DNA of 64,000 nt from positions 3,970,001-4,034,000 of the forward strand of contig NC_058369.1 in assembly GCF_018350175.1 (NCBI RefSeq). Reading direction: 5' to 3'. This stretch comes from Felis catus. Taxonomy: Eukaryota. Below are positions 35,311-47,868 of this stretch, in pieces (the first letter of the stretch is position 1; every line of letters starts with the position of its first letter). The translations under genes were made by a program, and so were the position numbers. The notes beneath the pieces are model-generated. The model ran no database searches. It saw only the letters and a program-made list of their open reading frames with translations, and had not been told where the DNA came from.

Positions 35311-36794
35311 AGATTCCAGACTCAGAGGGTTGGTTCTCAAGGGATTGTTCTGGGGATGGTGCTAGGATCATCCGCGTTTTCCAGATGAGCAAACTGAGGT
35401 CCAGGAAGGATGCCACGCAGCTGTTAGGGCTCTGCAACAAAACTGCCCTGAGAAATTTCGTGTGGGCGCCAGTGGCGCTACATTCCCGGTGGGGAACATC
35501 TGAAAACACTGACATCGCCAGCCGTCTCCAAGATGACCACCTCCAAAGTTGGGGGTTATGTCCGTCCAGAGCTGTCTCTCTAGGCATATACAATCACTCA
35601 CGAGCCAGATGTTTACGGAGTTCTCACTGTGTGCCGGGCCCTGTTTTGGGCACTGGGGACCCAACAAGAAACGAAACAGACTTACACGAGGATCACTCCA
35701 GGCCAAGAGCACAGCGTGTGCAAAGGCCCCGAGGCAGGACGGTGCCTGGCACGTTGGAGGAACAGGGAGGCTGGAGCAGAGGACAGGCAGGGGTGTTGGG
35801 GTGAGAGATGAGGACAAGGAGGTCAGAAGGGAGCAAGTGGGGCACAATCAGGCGGGGACGAGTGAAAATGTAATTCCTAAAGGTGGCCAAGGTTTGCTGG
35901 AGATGGTGGGGCGGGCGGGAGGGTGTCTCCAGGATCCTGGCTGAGCAGCTACACGGACGGGGCTGCCTTCGGCTAAGAAGGGGGGTGTCGGAAGAGCAGG
36001 TCTGGGGGCCCGGTCAAGCCCAGTGTAGCCTGTTGAGTACAGGACCCCCGGGACCCCCCCCCCCCCCCACGTGGAGACACAGCTCCAGACACCACCTGGA
36101 CCTCAGGGGAGGTCGGGGCTGGACACAGGACTGTAGCCATTGTTGGGGCGTCGGGGGATTAGAGCCCCGAGAGCGGACCACGCTAGAGGGGAGCGTGGGG
36201 TGTGGGAGGGGCTGGCAAGTGCAGGGTAAGGGGTCAAGACTCTGACCGAGGGGGTGGGGACGCAGCCACCACTGACCTTGATGAGAGGGGGATTTCAGGG
36301 ATGGAAGCTGGGAAGGTGTGAGAAGCGGGTGGAGTAGAGGTGAGAGAGGGAAAGAGGTGGGGACGGCCAGTGTAGACGACTCTTTCAAGGAGTTATGCGC
36401 GGTAGTGGGAGGGGCCCCGGGAGGGGCCCCGCCCCCGCCCCCGCCCCGCAGAGTCAGAGGAGTCAGAGGCACGGTAGGACCCGGCGCTGTTTCTGGAATC
36501 CCATCCTGAGTGGCGCCTGGTGACCCCGATGCCGCGTCCATCCCGCCTCTGCAGTCCTGTCCGCAAAATGGGCAGGAGAGTAGCGCCTCCGCCCGGGCGC
36601 CGGTCCCGGCACTGGCCGGCCCGGCCACCCCCAAAGTGCAACCCGGGAGGTGAGGGCCCCTGCTTTGGCTGGGGGGGAGGGGGGTACAGCTCCCCCACCC
36701 CCACCCCTGGGGGAAGCAGCAGCCTGTCCCGAGGAAAAGGAAAAACGCGGTGAGATACCCGGTGAGAAAGGGTCCCACAAGTCAAAGTGCTTTT

Positions 36795-36875
36795 TCAAAA
36801 ATAAATCGCCTGATTAGCATAAGGTATGCAAATGTATGCTAATGTGACAACTATTAAAAGATTCCAAATGTCATC
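36795..36875. promoter_or_regulatory. Triple octamer (POU) site cluster
   Basis: ATTAGCAT 36813-36820, ATGCAAAT 36826-36833, ATGCTAAT 36836-36843. Confidence 0.55.
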
Positions 36876-37914
36876 GAGGGAAAAACACACCGGTCTGGGG
36901 CGGGGAGGGCGGGGGACGGGAGGAGGGGACGCAGCCGGGACTCAGGAGAAAGGTCGAGGCTGGGGCCCTAGTTATCAGACGGGTTATTCCAAGTCCCATC
37001 CCGGCCAGACCCCTGCGCCCCCAGCTCTCTAAGTGCGTCCCCGGGTACGCGGTGCCCAGCAGGTACACACTTTGTCCAGGGCGCGAAGCCAACCTACCGT
37101 CCGGGAGCAGAAAACCAGCACAGGTGACAAGCCACACCAGCTTTCCCGAGAAGACTTTAAAAACAGAGTATCCCCCACAACCAAAGACACCCCCAAGTCT
37201 CCCAAGGGCCTGGACGTGTATGTGAGACTCTTCTGCTATCACCCATACCCTCTTTCACTTAGGAGAAAATGTCCTTCCCCCGCTTTTATTCTGAGGCGGG
37301 CAGACAACACTATCCCCTGACATGAGGACTGAAAGCATGTTCAGCTGAGAAAACAACATCAGAGAGGTGCAGCGATTGTCCCCAGGCCACACAGCGACTG
37401 TGAGACTATCCAAGCCTCCGATCACCCCACCTTTCTGCCACCTCTGCTGATGTTTCCCGAATGTTTTCTCTCAAATGGACCCGCTTCTCCAAATCTGGAA
37501 TCTAGGTAAAAAGAAATGGTTTATCATGACTGTAAATCAAAAACCAGCATCGATGGCCGTAAGTAGAAGCTAACTCAATAAACACAAAATCATATTATTA
37601 GCTTCTGACGGAGAGATGGTTCTCTCTGACGTTCCGAGCTGGGCTTTGCGCTCTCTTTGTCCAAAAAGGGAGAGAACCAGGTGTCGGAGAGGTGTTGAAG
37701 ACTGATTAGCACCCAATGAGGACATTCTTCTTCCCCGTGGGAGTCAGGGCATTTAAAGTGGTTTTACTGTCACCTAAAACCATCTCACGGTCACCAGGCT
37801 GGTGTCCACCTCCAAGACAGCCAACGGTCCTGATACCTGAGAATTCTAGAATAACGGCCAGGATCCTATTTGGAGGTTCACACTATTAGCATCCACATCC
37901 ACGCACTCATCCAT

Positions 37915-38138
37915 TTTTCTTTTTCTTTCTTTAATTTTTTTAATGCTTATTTGTTCTCGAGAGAGAGAGAGCAAGGAGGGGAGAGGCAGAGAACGAGGGA
38001 AACACAGACTCGCCAGCAGGCTCCAGGCTCCCAGCTGTCAGCACAGAGCCCGACATGGGGCTCAAACCCACAAACCGTGAAAATCATGACCTGGGCTGAA
38101 GTCCAACGCTCAACCGCCTGAGCCACCCAGGAGCCCCC
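37915..38138 (-). mobile_element. Can-SINE followed by (CCAT/CCAC)n tract
   Basis: Reverse body ending gagccacccaggagcccc. Confidence 0.88.
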
Positions 38139-39121
38139 ACTCATCCGTTTTTCCATCCATCCACCCATCCCCCATCCCCCCACCCACCCATCCACCTTCC
38201 ACCCACCCACCCATTCGGTACCCATTCGCCCTCTACCCACCCATTTATCTACCCATCCTCCCGCTCGGCCCCTCGGGAAGTATTTATCCAGCACCTACTG
38301 CATACCAGGCACTGTTCTAGGCTATGGAGCCACAATCGTGACCAAGACAAATCACATTCTTACCCAGCAGGCGCTTCTCAACTCGTGACGACGTTTTCTA
38401 CCCCTTGAGTAACTCCAGGAGGTGGGTTGGGGCATTTCGCTAGACAGTCCCGTGGCCAGGGTCATCCCGGGTGGCCATATGTGGCCCTTGCCCACCTGCC
38501 GCCTTCTCCCCACGTTCAGGGAGGCAGCAGCGCCTCGGTTTTGCTGCCGCCTGGGGGCGCCACCCCGTGTTACGGGCCGCGAGAGCCTCTGCCGAACCCG
38601 CGGGCAGCCAAGAGCGCCTTCCCAGCACCCCTTGCAGTTGGGGCAGACACGTGACTGAGCTGAGCCAATGGGACGCGGCGGGGGGGCGGGGAGTGAGGAG
38701 TCAGCCACTTCCGGTCCGGGGTGGGGGGCGGGGGCAGCTTGCTAAGCAGGAACACCTGTTTGCGCCTCACGTGCGCAGCACACGTCTGCAGGGTCACGTG
38801 GCTGGGGTCCGCCGCCTCGTCCTAGTGTCACAGCCGAGAGTCTTACCGCAGCCAAGCGGCGTCTTTCCCGCTCTCCAAGCCTGGGGTCTCGTGGGCCCCA
38901 CCCCCAGCTAGAGGCGGGGCTTCCGTGACTTCGGCCAATCACCGACTCCTGTTCCTACTGGCCTCGTGATTGGGTGAGCCGTGGTCACGTGGCCGAAGGC
39001 GAGCTTGGATGGTTTCCAGGGAGCCCCACGTTGGGGCTCGCGGGCTGCTGGGGCCAGTGCGCGAAGCCAGAGAACGGGGGGCCTCCGATCTTTGCTACTG
39101 GGAAAGAAAAAAAGAACTTCA

Positions 39122-39160
39122 CTTATTATTATTATTATTATTATTACTGTTATTATTAAT
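39122..39160. repeat. (ATT)n microsatellite
   Basis: Direct inspection. Confidence 0.93.
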
Positions 39161-41249
39161 GATGGGTTACTATTTTTTAGTGCTCTGGCCTTCTTTCTGA
39201 CTGGTCCAAACTGAGAAACGTGTTTCTGCAGCTCTAACCGCCCCGACGATGCCCTGCCCTCCGTCTCCAGCCAGATACGGCCACAGAGCCAGCCTTCTCT
39301 TGGGTGGGCCGGACACCTTCTCTTGGCCGTCCACCACGTACAACCTACCCGATCGGCAATGCATCCACCCCTCTTCCTGCCCCTGCCCCTCTTCTCCTCC
39401 ATAGCTCTCCATGGCTCCCCTGTGTCCTCAAGAACAAATCTGGGTCATTTTGTAAAATGCCTCCTAGCCTAGCTACTCCACTCTTGCTTGCCCCGCCCCT
39501 CCTTCTTACTCATCTTTAAAAGTCATCCCTCCAGAAAGCGTCCCCTGACCCCCTACCAATGCTGGGGGGCCTGCCGCAGCAGCATGAGCTTTTCCCATCT
39601 CGGGCCCGCCACTGCCTGGGTGTGTGTGTGTCCTTGAGTTCCAGGAGACCAGGGCTGTCCCGTTCACCACTGTCGCCGGTCCCCAGCACAGTCCCTGGCA
39701 CCCAGTGGAGGCTTGATAAATCTTCCGGAAGGAATGACTGGCGATTGGAAAGAAAGAATGCCACCGCCCGCAGCGGATGCTGTGGGTGCGCCCACAGCAC
39801 TCACACTGGGGTCCCTGCCGACGGCATCTTCCTGCGGCCACCTGCCATTGAGGCTTTCTCAACCGGGGTGCCTGGCAGGCAGGGAGCATCCGCCTCGAGA
39901 GGCAGCCCCAGGCCAGTGACAGACAGGTGCTGGGGGATAAACACTCCCCGGGGATGGAGGGGGGGGGCAGCTCGAGCACACGCTTCACTGTCTCCCAGGG
40001 GTTCCCAGGGGCACTGGGTCCCAGTTGAGCCCCGGTTATCTCCTTCCCTGCCTTCTCTGCCTGCTCGAGGCCCCTCCTGGCGCCTCCTGGGACCATCTCC
40101 CGCGTGTCCTCTCTGCCCCCAGACCCTCCTCTCGGGACCTGCTTTCAGGCAGCCCAGCCTCGTGGTGCAGAGAAAATCTCTCAGCTCCAACCCACTTGCC
40201 AGCACTTGCTGGGAGAACTTTGACGTGCTTTGCGGGGGGGGGGAGGGGGGGGGGGCGGCACAGAACAACAAAAACACTGCTTCCTGCTCCCTGTCAGCCC
40301 TGGACTTTGCTGTCTGCACACACAGACTGCGACATTTGTAGTTGTGTATTAATTGCGGGTTGTTTTTTTTTTTTTTTTTCCCGGAGAACGAGATGCTCTC
40401 CTGCAACGTGTGTGTGTGTGTGCGCGCGCACGCGTGTGTGCTTAATGACTTTCTCATTTTGAGATCGGGCCAGATAGCTTTTTGAAGAAAATCTGCCCAG
40501 AGCCTGGAACATATAGAAAATTCTCGCAGCTTAATAGCACTCCCACCCATCCCGCCCATCCATCACAGACGCACCGCGGAATGAAAAACAAGCACATTGA
40601 TTGGATCTATTTCTAATCGACAGCCTAAGATACTGTTTGAAATCTGCCGTTAGTTGGAAGAAGTTGGAAGGGGCTGCGTCTCATTTCTCAAGGGCGTGGG
40701 GGCTGTGGGAGAAGAGAAGGAATCGTGGCGACATTCAGCGAGCATGACCTGGCACCTACTGGGTGTTGCATCCCCGGCTGGGTGCTGGGGACACAGAGGT
40801 GACCCCCCCGCCCTCCTAATGGGGGAGGCAGACAGGTCACCTGTGATCCGCGATCAGAGCCATGATGGAGAGTACTGGTCAGGCAGCTCTGGCGGGCACA
40901 GAGTGGGTGCCTGATCCAGCCTGGGAGATCAGGGAGGGCTTCCTAGAGTCCAAAAGAGAGAGAGAGAGAGAGAGCGCGAAAGGTAGAGGAGGAGTTAGAT
41001 GTCAAACCAAAATATGAAAAGGGAAGAGGGCTTCGGGGAGGGCCAACAGCGTGTGCAAAGGCCCCGGGGCAAGTGAGGGTCATTTGGTGTGGCTGGAGGG
41101 TGGGGCAAGTAGTGAGAAATGAGGAGTGAGATATTGGCAGCCCCTTGAAGGCCATGGGAGGGCGTCTGGATTTCCCCCCCGGAAACAGTAGGGAGCCGTG
41201 GAAGAATCTAGAACAGGGGAGTGAGTGACATTTGTTAAAAATCATCTTG

Positions 41250-41490
41250 GCATAGAATTATCCTAGGACTTAGCAATTCTGCTCTTAGGCAGATCCCCAA
41301 AAGAATTGAAAGCAAGGACTCGAATGAACAGAGTGTCTGTTTGGGGCGATAATTTTTTTTTGGAACTAGTGGGGATGGTTATACAACATTGTAAATGTAC
41401 TTAATGCCACCGAATTGTACACTTAGAGAGGGTGAAGACGGCTGAGTTTTATGTTATGTATATATTACCACATTTTTTTTAAAAAAAGAG
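41250..41490 (+). mobile_element. L1M 3' terminal fragment
   Basis: gcaattctgctcttagg...caacattgtaaatgtacttaatgccaccgaattgtacactta...tttatgttatgtatatattaccaca. Confidence 0.85.
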
Positions 41491-44160
41491 CTACAATTAA
41501 AAAAGAAGAAGAAGGGGGGGGAGGCATTTTGGCTGCCGCGGGAGATCCGGGATGGATCTGCAGGGGTTACAAGCCAGAGCAGAGTGGAGACCCGGCAGAG
41601 GGTGAGAAGTGGGCGGCTGGGGGTGTGTTCTGGCAGTTGGCGCTGACAGGAGGCCAGGAGGAGGTGCGATGCCAGCTTCCTTGTGGCCCCACCTCCAAAG
41701 GTGGCCTTTGCAGGCAATGGGGCCCCCGGTTCGCATTCTCTGGGGGCCCAGGCACCCACCTTCCCTGCAAGTGCCCTGGCCTCTCCCCTCCAAAGTCCAC
41801 CCTCTGTGGCCCAGCCCGGGGAGCCCCCATGCAAGGAACCCCAGACGAGGATGAACGCCACTGCTTGGGTGCCCAAACCAGAGATGCCGGGGAGAAACTC
41901 AATCTCTCTCCACCCACCTTCCCTTACAAGGTACAGATGTAATGCCTGCTTTTAAATTCAATTAAGTCAGATTCAGTTCTGCTCTTGGAATACATTACCC
42001 AGCTGGAGACAGCAGGGGGAAAAAAAAAGACAGGAAAACACACACACACACACAAAACACAACACAGACCTATTTAGAGATTTCCCTCTAAATGGATTTT
42101 AATTCTCTCAATTTATCAGAGGCCAGAGTTGCTGCTGACAGCCGGCGTTCATTGTCTGCGAACCCAGTTTCAGCGGCAAGGAGGGGTGTGGAGAAGTTGG
42201 GTGAGACTCTGACGTTCGCTTCCGGTGGGGGCGGGGTGGGGCGCGGGACCTGGGGTCACCCAGACCAGGGTCCCAGTCCCAGCTTTGCCACTCGCTGGTG
42301 ATGTGACCTCGAGCCAAGAGTATCACACGCTCTCGGTGCCTCGGTGTCCGCGTCTGTGAAATGGGGACAGTCGTCGTGCTGGCCTCCGAGGGCAGCAGGT
42401 GAATAATGGACCATCACAGAAGATTCAGGTCAGGCCCTGTGCGCAATGCCTGGAACATTCTGAATGTTCAGTACGTGCAAGGACGATGATGGTGACGATG
42501 CGGCAGAAGACGGTTGTCGGTGACTGACGTTACTTTCCGACTAGAGGCGCGGGCCTGTGCGAGGACCGGCAGGCTTGAGCCCTGATTTCAAAGGCTGGGA
42601 GGCTTTGGGTGGGGGTGGGGAAGGAAAGGGAGGATGGGAGGGCGGGGGTGGGGTGGCCTGGCTTAAGCAAAGGCGTGGAAGTTCAACCAAAATCGGAAGG
42701 TACTGGGGACAGGACGCTGAACAGCTTTGGGGCCAGACAGGTCGGGGAGAAGGGTGGATACAGACACGATCGGACAGCATTAGATTCCTTTCCAGAAGCC
42801 CCACCCCCGCCTCTATCAAGAGTCACCATCCTGTGTTCTGTGGCCAAGCACAGACACGGCCATGATGCCAGCGCGCCAACGGGAGGCAGTGCCGTGACCT
42901 GTCCTCTGTCCTGGGATGCCCACCTCTGGCCTTGGGCCTCACGAGCGAGTGGGAAGAAAGCGCCTTCTGCCGCTCCCATAGTATTACGCAGCTGAGTGGG
43001 GGGCAGGGCCTTGACATCCACAGGCTGCAGGCCAGCCTGGCTAGCTCAGCCCTCAGCCTCCCATTTCACAGATGGGCAAACAGAAATCGGGGAAAAGAAA
43101 CGGCCATCCTGAGGCCTCAGAACTGACAGCTTCCCCAGGAGACCTGGGTCCTAGACAGGCTGCACTTTCTGACCTAGAGGAGGCTTCCCGGCTGGGCCTC
43201 GGGTTTTGCCATTTGTCCAGCAGGAGGAATAAGCAAAGGCCTCTCAAGGGTCCTTCGAGGTGCCCTGTGCTGAGAGGCTCATCTGGAGGTCTGGTCCGGG
43301 GGCCTGTGTCTTCATAAGAGCCTGGTGAACAAGAATGGGGGATTGTTGGACCAGAATCGGAGAGTTTTAGGACAAAAGGTGTCCTGACTACATAGGGACC
43401 TCCGCTCTCCTGGGCCCACGTCCCTCAAGGGTTTCGGCGGGCCGTATGTGGCTTCTCGGAAGGGTTGCTTCATCCGCCGGGGGCCTCTTCGGATCCCGGG
43501 CCCATGGTCCCTTGCCTGGCCCTTCGTGGGACGGCCACCTGGGGAGGGGAGGGGGCATGCAAAGCTACTCGGTAACCAGGATTGGGGTAGGAAAGGCAAA
43601 AGGAAAAGACAAAATACAATTACCCTCAAGGGCGCCGCCTGGGAGGGGCACAAAGTGGATTCAGAAGGCCAGAATATTCCACATCTTGATCTAGTGGTGT
43701 CTACGCAAGTCTCTACCTGAGGAATGATGCCTCAGGCTGCACACTTAAGACTCCGGGTATGTTGGGCACGGATAAAAAGGAGGGAAAAAGGACTCGGAGA
43801 GATCAGCTAAGACAGACAGCGAAAGAAAGCAAACGGCTGAGAGACCCAGAGACAGACGCAGCGAGACAGGTGAAGACGCTAAGAGATGGAAACAAATCGA
43901 GAGAGACAGAAAGTCTGAGGGAATTGAGAAACAGAGACAGACGGGAGAGAGACAGAACCAGGAAGTGAGAGAGACCTACACGAAGAAAAAGGGGGGTGGG
44001 AGGGGGAGAGGAGAATCCAGGTTTCAGGGCAGAAAGGTGGGAAGAAGGAGGAAGTGGGGAAGAAAACAGAAAGAGAAGGGCCAAAGCCAAGGACAAAAAG
44101 AGAAGGAAACAGGCAAAAGGCCTGAGAGAGGGGGAGGGTGGCCCGGGAAGCCAGGAGCCG

Positions 44161-44161
<1 letters not shown>

Positions 44162-44200
<39 letters not shown>
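44162..44200. repeat. (CA)n microsatellite
   Basis: Direct inspection. Confidence 0.97.
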
Positions 44201-44202
<2 letters not shown>

Positions 44203-44903
44203 CAACATGTCCTTAATTGTAATTACACGGGAACATTCAGTTTGTAGATGCAGCAGAAATGAAAACGCGCCTAGCCCATTAATCTAATGGCTGTTAGTCA
44301 ATCACTCTTCAAAAGGGGCTCCGAGGTGGCTGCGGGGGGCGGGGGGGGGTGGCAGAACGGAGGAGAGGCCCTCGGGGAGAGCCTGAGGGGCAAGTCGGGG
44401 GAGAACCAGTTTCTTGGCTGGGGGGATTCAGAGCCTTGCAGGGAGCTCCCAGCCTGGAGGTCTGGGCGGCCAGGAAGTCTCATCCGCGAGGCTGTGTTGG
44501 GGGAGATCCACTGTACCCCCCCCCCCCCATCACCGGAGGGATCGAGTTAAGTCTTTAACTTCCCCGCCCCCCCCCCCCGGGGGTGGGGGAAGGCTTCCTG
44601 GAGCAGGGCTGCCTAAACTGTGCTAAAATGAGGCAGGCAAGGGAAAAAGGAAGGGAGAAGGGCCTTCCAAGTAGAGCGAACAGCTTGTGTAAAGGTTGAG
44701 AAGGAAACACACAGACAACGTTAAGCGTGAGCTGCAGAAGCCACACCACACAGGGCCTTTTCTGGCATCCCGAAAAGACCTTGTTGTTCCCACGGTGATG
44801 GGGTCAAGTGCAGATCGGTATTTTTAGATGTCTCTGCGGATGGAGGCAGATTCGGGGGGGGGGGGGTCCTAAGATCTTTGACTTACTCAAAGAGAGCGAG
44901 CTC

Positions 44904-45111
44904 GGGGTGCCTGAGTGGCTCAGTCAGTTAAGCGTCCAACTCTTGATTCCGGCTTGGGTCCCGATCTCCCGGTTTGTTTGTGAGATTGAGCCCTGCATCG
45001 GGCTCTGCGCTGACGGCCTACATGGGATTCTCTCTCTCTCTCTCTCTCTGCCCCTCCCCCATTCTCTCTCTCGCTGTCTCTCAAAATAAATAAACTTAAA
45101 AAAAAAAAAAA
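44904..45111 (+). mobile_element. Can-SINE
   Basis: ggggtgcctgagtggctcagtcagttaag head, CT tract, A tail; imperfect TSD aaagag..gagct. Confidence 0.92.
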
Positions 45112-45559
45112 GAGTGAGCTTCTCAGTCCCAAAGGCGTGCAAGAAAAAGCCAGGTAACCCCCCAGGGGTACATGGTGGGGATCTGGGTGTCGGGTGCAGG
45201 CTGAAATTTGCATCATCCGGATTCTCAGCCAGGAAGGTGGGAGGACCCTGCAGGCAGGGGTGCAATGTGTTACTCGTCTCACTTGGGGGGCACACCAGTG
45301 AGGAGTGGGGGGTGTGAATGAGTCAAAGACACCTGGGCGGGAGGCTTGAGTCAGTGCCCAGTGTATACCTCTCCCCGCCACTCTCAGCCAGGGGTGACTC
45401 ACTCATTCATTTGGTCTGGGCTGTGGAGGCCTAGGGGAAGTGGGGGGGGGGGGCCACCCCATCATCCAGCCACTACTCACTGCTCCTGCTCACTGAGTAC
45501 CTCCAGTGGGCCGAGTCGTGTGCAGGAACCAAATTTCTGCCTCCCTGCAACCCAACAGC

Positions 45560-46215
45560 TCTGGAATGAAATCTCCTGGGTTCACTTATGCCTGGGACAG
45601 GCGCAGTCCCCTCCACCCTGGTTCCAACCTGGCCCCCCTCCCAGGATGCCCTCCCCGCAGCGGCCACCAGAGGGCCGCCGTGAACACCTGGGTCAGGTCC
45701 CGCCCTCCTCTGTCCACAGGGCTCCCACCTCCCACAAGAGAAAGCCCAAGTGCTGTCTGTGGCTCCCAAGGCCCTGAATGACCTGCGACGGTCCCCTCCC
45801 CGCCATCCCCTCCTCCCCCTCTCCCCTCCGCTCGCTCTGCTCCAGCCACACGGGCCCCTTCGCTGTTCTGGCAACATGCCAGGCTCCGTCCTGCCTCAGG
45901 GCCTTTGCACAGGCTGGTTCTCCTCTGCCTGGAACGCTATTCCTCCAGATCTTCTCGCAGCGTCTTTTTATTCAGCCTGAGCATCACCTCTTCAGGTGAG
46001 CCCTTCTTGCCTGTTGGGCTAACGTAGCATCCCAGTCTCTCCTCCCATTTCTCCCTTGCTTTTATGTCCCTGGCGGCGCTACAGTTCTCGGAAATGAAGG
46101 CGTACCTGTTGACCTTTGTTTCCGTCACTTAAGGTCCAGGGAACTGAACTGAGGACCGCTGTGGTCTCGGCACACAGTAAGTAGCCAATACGTGTTTGGT
46201 GGCCGACTGGATGAA
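45560..46215 (+). mobile_element. L2-derived GC-rich repeat copy with CTCF-like motif
   Basis: cagcggccaccagagggcc at 45658-45676, then aaagcccaag...ctctgctccagccacacggg...cagggcctttgcac and an L2-type 3' end. Confidence 0.75.
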
Positions 46216-46399
46216 TCTCTACAGCACCTCCCTAGGTTGTGGGGACTTTTGTCAACCTCACTTCACACAGTGGGGACCTGAGGTTCCCAGAGGGGCAGCC
46301 TGCGACCTGCGGGTGCTCCCAGGCTGCCCAGGGCTGGAGGCTACGCCGGGAATTCTTGGGAACAGGGGTGGTGTCTCCGGCACAGATGAGCAAACCGAG

Positions 46400-47400
46400 G
46401 TTCTGTTTGACCGGGGGCGGGGGCGCAGCGCACGCCGCCATGGGGACAATGTGGCTGCGTACGGAGGAGGGGGCTCCTAATTTAGTGGAGAGGACCCTGT
46501 CGTCCCCCTTCCTGCTTTCTCCCTAAAAACCGGCCTTGGGATGGCCAGGCGAGGGGCGACACCGAGTAAACGGCAAAGCGCTTGTCATAAAGACGCGCTC
46601 ACAGCCCGGCGGATACGGCAAATTCCTCACCCCCGCGCTCCCGCCCCTCTCCTCCCCTCGCCTCTCCCCTCCTCGGTGCCTCCCCGAAGGCCCCAGCAAC
46701 CTCCCGCAGGTCGCTGAGAGCTGAGCCCGGAGCCCGCCCACCGGGAGCCCGCAGCCAATGGCCGTGCTGCCTGATGAAGTAATGCGCCCCCTCCGCCTTC
46801 CCATTGGCTGGGCTGGAGGCCGAGCTCCCCGCGCCGCGTGCGGGGCGCGGGAAGGGGTCCCTGCAGCCACGCGCACCTCCTGGGGGTACCTGGGCACCTG
46901 CACCCTCTCCTGTGGGACATCTGCCTGCCCCTGCCCTTCTCAAGGCTCATGCTGGGCCTAGAGACCCCTGCGCGCCAGCTCCTGGCCACAGGGGCGCCCC
47001 AGTCCTCCCGTCTGAGCGGGAAGGCTGGGCGCACGGAAGGACCCCACCCTAGCCTCCGGCGATCAAAGGACCCCAGAAGTTTTGACCGACCTTTCTGGAT
47101 AATTGCACATGAGTTCAGTGTCCACCGTATGCCAGCCCGGGGCCCCCTGGGGGATAGAGTGCTGACGAAGTCGCACCCGGGTCCCCGTCCTCCGGGGCTT
47201 CACAGAACCCTGGGGAAGAGGGACACGACACCACAGTCGCCGGTGCGGCTGCGGACCGAGGGTGGGAAGGGTAGGCAGCGGCCGCGATGTCCCCGCAGCT
47301 GGGCCGCGCGGTCCGCGGCGGCCGAGGCAGGGAGGGCGGAGGCGGGCGGAGGGGGAGGCAGGAGGGGCTCTCCTCTTAATTATCTCGTTCACTCGTTTAT
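46400..47400. promoter_or_regulatory. CpG-island-like region with inverted CCAAT pair
   Basis: Visibly CpG-dense; CCAAT at 46755-46759 and ATTGG at 46803-46807; GC-box-like runs; no adjacent gene recognised. Confidence 0.5.
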
Positions 47401-47644
47401 TCACTGGGAGCTCCGGCGCGTTGGGGGGGGGGGGGCTGCGCCTTTTTGTTCTCTGCAGTCAACAAACATTTTTTATCTGGCTCCCCACCCCCCACAGCAC
47501 ACACACACACACACACACACGCACACATATACACACGCGCGCGCGCACACACAGCCCACTGGTTCTTTTGTATACTTTTCTTCCTTTCTCCCCCTGCCTT
47601 CTGAACCAGGCTAATGGCTTTTTTTTTAATTGTAGGCGTGTAGA

Positions 47645-47868
47645 TTTTTATTTTTTAACGTTTATTTATTTTTTTCAGAGACAGAGAGAGTGTGTGCGCA
47701 GGGGAGGGGCAGAGAGAGAGAGAGAGGGAGTCACAGAACCCGAAGCAGGCTCCAGGCTCCGAGCTGGGCTCAGCACAGAGCCCAACTGGGGCTGGAACGC
47801 GCGCGAACTGCGAGATCTTGACCTGACCCGAAGTCGGAGGCTTAACGACTGAGCCACCCAGGCGCCCC
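47645..47868 (-). mobile_element. SINEC_Fc
   Basis: Reverse body; TSD taggcg(t/g)gtagatttt on both sides. Confidence 0.94.

Noticed and set aside
42453..42469. Perfect palindrome GAACATTC-T-GAATGTTC
   Set aside because: Inside a MIR remnant; spacing fits neither a heat-shock element nor a GRE
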